Shown here one piece after another: positions 61,682 through 64,000 of a DNA stretch of 64,000 nucleotides. Numbering within the stretch: the stretch's first letter is position 1; each line of letters starts with the position of its first letter. Under the pieces are notes generated by a model. The model had not been told where the DNA came from. It worked only from the letters and a program-made list of their open reading frames with translations, and did not search any database. Location of the stretch: assembly GCA_963735805.1 (NCBI GenBank), contig CAVTMK010000002.1:736001-800000 (forward strand). The letters run 5' to 3'. This DNA comes from an uncultured Verrucomicrobiae bacterium (lineage in GTDB: Bacteria > Verrucomicrobiota > Verrucomicrobiia > Chthoniobacterales > UBA10450). The position numbers were made by a program, and so were the translations under genes.

Positions 61682-61753
61682 GCCAGGGTAGCTCAGTGGT
61701 AGAGCAGGGGACTCATAAGCCCTTGGTCGGGAGTTCGACTCTCCCCCCTGGCA
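61682..61753 (+). tRNA. tRNA with CAT anticodon, probably Ile2 (lysidine-modified) rather than Met; CCA not encoded
   Basis: Cloverleaf: GCCAGGG/CCCTGGC, GCTC/GAGC, loop CTCATAA, GGGAG-TTCGACT-CTCCC; core resembles E. coli ileX as I recall it. Confidence 0.93.
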
Positions 61754-61761
61754 AATTTAAT

Positions 61762-62004
61762 ATGCCATGGGTTTACATTCTGCGCGGGTCTTCTGGCCGA
61801 CACTATATAGGATCTACGGTCGATTTGGGTGCCAGATTAGCGCAACATCAACGTGGACATACCTACACAACGAGACGACTAGGCGAAAAGCTCGAGCTTG
61901 TTGCGAGTAAAAAAGTTGAGACTCTCGACGAAGCGCGACGCATCGAGCGAATGTTAAAGGCTAAGAAAAATCCGAAACTTGTCATTCACTATTTGGACCA
62001 TTAG
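61762..62004 (+). CDS. Small GIY-YIG nuclease (80 aa)
   Basis: WVYIL...HYIGST..L.ARL.QH..G, EARRIE..LK motifs. Confidence 0.92.
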   Translation: MPWVYILRGSSGRHYIGSTVDLGARLAQHQRGHTYTTRRLGEKLELVASKKVETLDEARRIERMLKAKKNPKLVIHYLDH

Positions 62005-62057
62005 ACCAGCTCCGAAAGCTTTCGGAGTTGGTCGGGAGTTCGACTCTCCCTTTGGCA
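62002..62057 (+). repeat. 3' tRNA half-copy with anticodon arm replaced by 18-bp palindrome
   Basis: TAGACCAG-[CTCCGAAAGCTTTCGGAG]-TTGGTCGGGAGTTCGACTCTCCC-TTTGGCA. Confidence 0.9.
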
Positions 62058-62123
62058 TTTATTAATTATGCAGTGGGAATGTCGATTACGGATTGATTGG
62101 GCTCCTGGCTCAAGCGTGCATCG

Positions 62124-63650
62124 ATGAGTGGCGAGACTTTTTTCAAAAAGCTTTTCGCTTCTGGAAATTCTTATTGGCTGACACGCTTCGTCATTCTCCG
62201 GCTACTCGGTTTTATTTACGCAGTGGCTTTTCTGGTCGCGGCGCAACAGTTGGTTCCGCTTATTGGCAAGCATGGATTAACACCCGCAAATCATTTTCTC
62301 GAGAGCGTTCAAACACAGCTCGGTTCGCCCACTGCTGGGATGCTACGAGTGCCGACGCTCTTTTGGTTGGGAATTTCCGATAATGCACTATCGATTTTCT
62401 CCTGGATCGGGTTCGCTTTGTCACTTGTCGTTCTGGGCGGCTACGCCAACGCGATTCTGCTTACAGCACTTTGGGTAATGTACATGTCGATCGTCCACAT
62501 AGGGCAGATCTGGTACGGCTATGGCTGGGAGATTCAACTGCTAGAAACCGGCTTTTTATCGATCTTTCTTTGCCCGTTGCTCGATGGACGGCCGTTTTCG
62601 AAGTGCAGGCCGCCAATCCTCGTTATCTGGCTGTTTCGATGGCTTGGTTTTCGTATCATGATTGGTGCGGGTCTGATCAAATTGCGCGGCGACCCGTGCT
62701 GGCGGGATCTTACCTGCCTGTACTATCACTACGAGACTCAACCAATCCCGAACCCGATCAGCCGTTATCTGCATTTTTCGCCCAATTGGCTGCTGAAATT
62801 TGAGACGGCATGGAATCATTTCATTGAACTCATTGTGCCATGGTTCTCGTTCGGCCCGCGACACCTGCGGCACGTCGCAGGCGTCTTGCTCGTCACATTT
62901 CAAATCTTTCTCATCATTAGCGGCAATCTTTCGTTCCTCAATTATCTGACAATCGTGCCGTTTTTGGCCTGCTTTGACGACACATTCCTGCGGCATTTTC
63001 TTCCGGCAGCGTTGGTCAAACGCGCTGAACGCGCCGCGGACGAATCGAGACCGTCGCGTATCAGCAACACGATCGCGATCGCCGTATCGATCCTAGTTCT
63101 CTATCTGAGCGTCGCGCCAGTGCTGAATCTCGTTTCCGGACGCCAATTGATGAACTACTCCTACGACCCGTTAGATCTTGTAAATACCTATGGTGCGTTC
63201 GGTACAGTTGGGCGCGAGCGCGACGAAATCATTTTTGAAGGCACCGGGGATTCGGTCATTACGGGAGACACCAGGTGGAAGGAATATGAGTTTAAGGCCA
63301 AACCGGGTGATCCAAATCGGCGTCCGCCGTTCGTCGCGCCCTATCAACCGCGGATTGACTGGCAGATCTGGTTTGCAGCGATGGCTTCACCCAGCGAATA
63401 CCCGTGGACATTGCATTTTGTTTGGAAACTTCTGCATAACGATCCCGGCACCTTGTCACTACTCGCAAACAATCCTTTCCCCGACGCGCCACCTCATTTC
63501 ATTCGAGCGCGCCTCTATCGGTATCAATTCGCCCCGATCGGCGATAAAGCGTGGTGGAAACGCGAACCAATTGGTGAATGGTTACCTGCTCTCTCGGCGG
63601 ATAATTCGGAATTTCACAGTCTTCTCGAAACGATGAATTGGTTGGATTGA
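62124..63650 (+). CDS. Lipase maturation factor (LMF) family membrane protein
   Basis: GWEIQLLETGF, GLIKLRGD..W, YHYETQPIPNP, SGNLSFLN, PYQPRIDWQIWF. Confidence 0.92.
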   Translation: MSGETFFKKLFASGNSYWLTRFVILRLLGFIYAVAFLVAAQQLVPLIGKHGLTPANHFLESVQTQLGSPTAGMLRVPTLFWLGISDNALSIFSWIGFALSLVVLGGYANAILLTALWVMYMSIVHIGQIWYGYGWEIQLLETGFLSIFLCPLLDGRPFSKCRPPILVIWLFRWLGFRIMIGAGLIKLRGDPCWRDLTCLYYHYETQPIPNPISRYLHFSPNWLLKFETAWNHFIELIVPWFSFGPRHLRHVAGVLLVTFQIFLIISGNLSFLNYLTIVPFLACFDDTFLRHFLPAALVKRAERAADESRPSRISNTIAIAVSILVLYLSVAPVLNLVSGRQLMNYSYDPLDLVNTYGAFGTVGRERDEIIFEGTGDSVITGDTRWKEYEFKAKPGDPNRRPPFVAPYQPRIDWQIWFAAMASPSEYPWTLHFVWKLLHNDPGTLSLLANNPFPDAPPHFIRARLYRYQFAPIGDKAWWKREPIGEWLPALSADNSEFHSLLETMNWLD

Positions 63651-63691
63651 AACCCCAACTGTGTCGAATTTCGTTTCAACTAATAGAGTTC

Positions 63692-64000
63692 ATGAGGAAG
63701 CCTGTCCGGGTTGTCAGCGCAAATTTTCTGGAGCGAATTGGTGAGCCCGCCTCTCGTTTTTATTCCGATTACCTGGCGTATCGAAATGGCAATATTTCCC
63801 GGGCTGAGTTGATCGGACGGCTGCCACACGTCGCCATGGTCGGCGACAGTGTTTGCATGGGAGCTTATATCTCATCGATCTGGGAGACGTTTTTGCGCAC
63901 GCATAACTGGTGCGGAAATAACTGGTTTCTTGATACCAACCCGACGCCACCAGGGATTCGCAGTGTCTCGAAGAGACTGGAGGAGTTCACTCCGTTTGTT
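63692..64000 (+). CDS. SGNH/GDSL hydrolase-like protein, N-terminal part (runs off window)
   Basis: Own translation is open to the window end: MRKPVRVV...LPHVAMVGDSVCMG..., a GDS block-I motif; not in the ORF track. Confidence 0.65.
   Translation, partial: MRKPVRVVSANFLERIGEPASRFYSDYLAYRNGNISRAELIGRLPHVAMVGDSVCMGAYISSIWETFLRTHNWCGNNWFLDTNPTPPGIRSVSKRLEEFTPFV

Noticed and set aside
61696..61761. ORF-track N-terminal extension of the GIY-YIG gene
   Set aside because: It lies inside the tRNA; ATG at 61762 begins the nuclease motif.
61594..62057. Canonical integrative element, CRISPR array or intron-containing tRNA
   Set aside because: No integrase; only two repeat cores 391 bp apart and no cas genes; the central tRNA is uninterrupted and no group I core is apparent.
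63714..63950. Minus-strand 78-aa ORF
   Set aside because: The plus-strand frame from 63692 is open to the window end and carries a GDS motif.

Overview
A gene-dense bacterial chromosomal segment, most likely from soil Verrucomicrobiota (Chthoniobacterales / 'Ca. Udaeobacter'-like). This is inferred from the RpoB/RpoC/ribosomal protein style, short EF-Ts, lpxK, hpnH-shc and dapL; no search was run. Core genes: 3' end of rplK, rplA-rplJ-rplL-rpoB-rpoC, rpsB-tsf, purS/purQ, tyrS, thrB, lpxK, lolC/E-like, hpnH-shc, sod, dapL, a 34-aa bS22-like gene missed by the ORF track, and one CAT-anticodon tRNA. Main points of interest: (1) a ~460-bp tRNA/GIY-YIG unit in which an intact tRNA and an 80-aa GIY-YIG nuclease gene are bracketed by two tRNA half-copies whose anticodon arm is precisely replaced by an 18-bp palindrome, with a third near-copy of that palindrome in the rplJ-rplL spacer; (2) an extracytoplasmic flavinylation module (two paralogous beta-barrels sharing a 39-bp upstream motif, FMN-binding protein, ApbE, 4-His membrane protein); (3) rplK and rplA split by 8.5 kb, with rplA carrying its own promoter and an L1-type leader; (4) dispersed GTAG-type REP hairpins, several supplying stop codons; (5) split LigD; (6) a bioD pseudogene. 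No CRISPR array, transposase, integrase or rRNA was seen. Products are assigned by motif recognition only, and several start codons were adjusted by eye.
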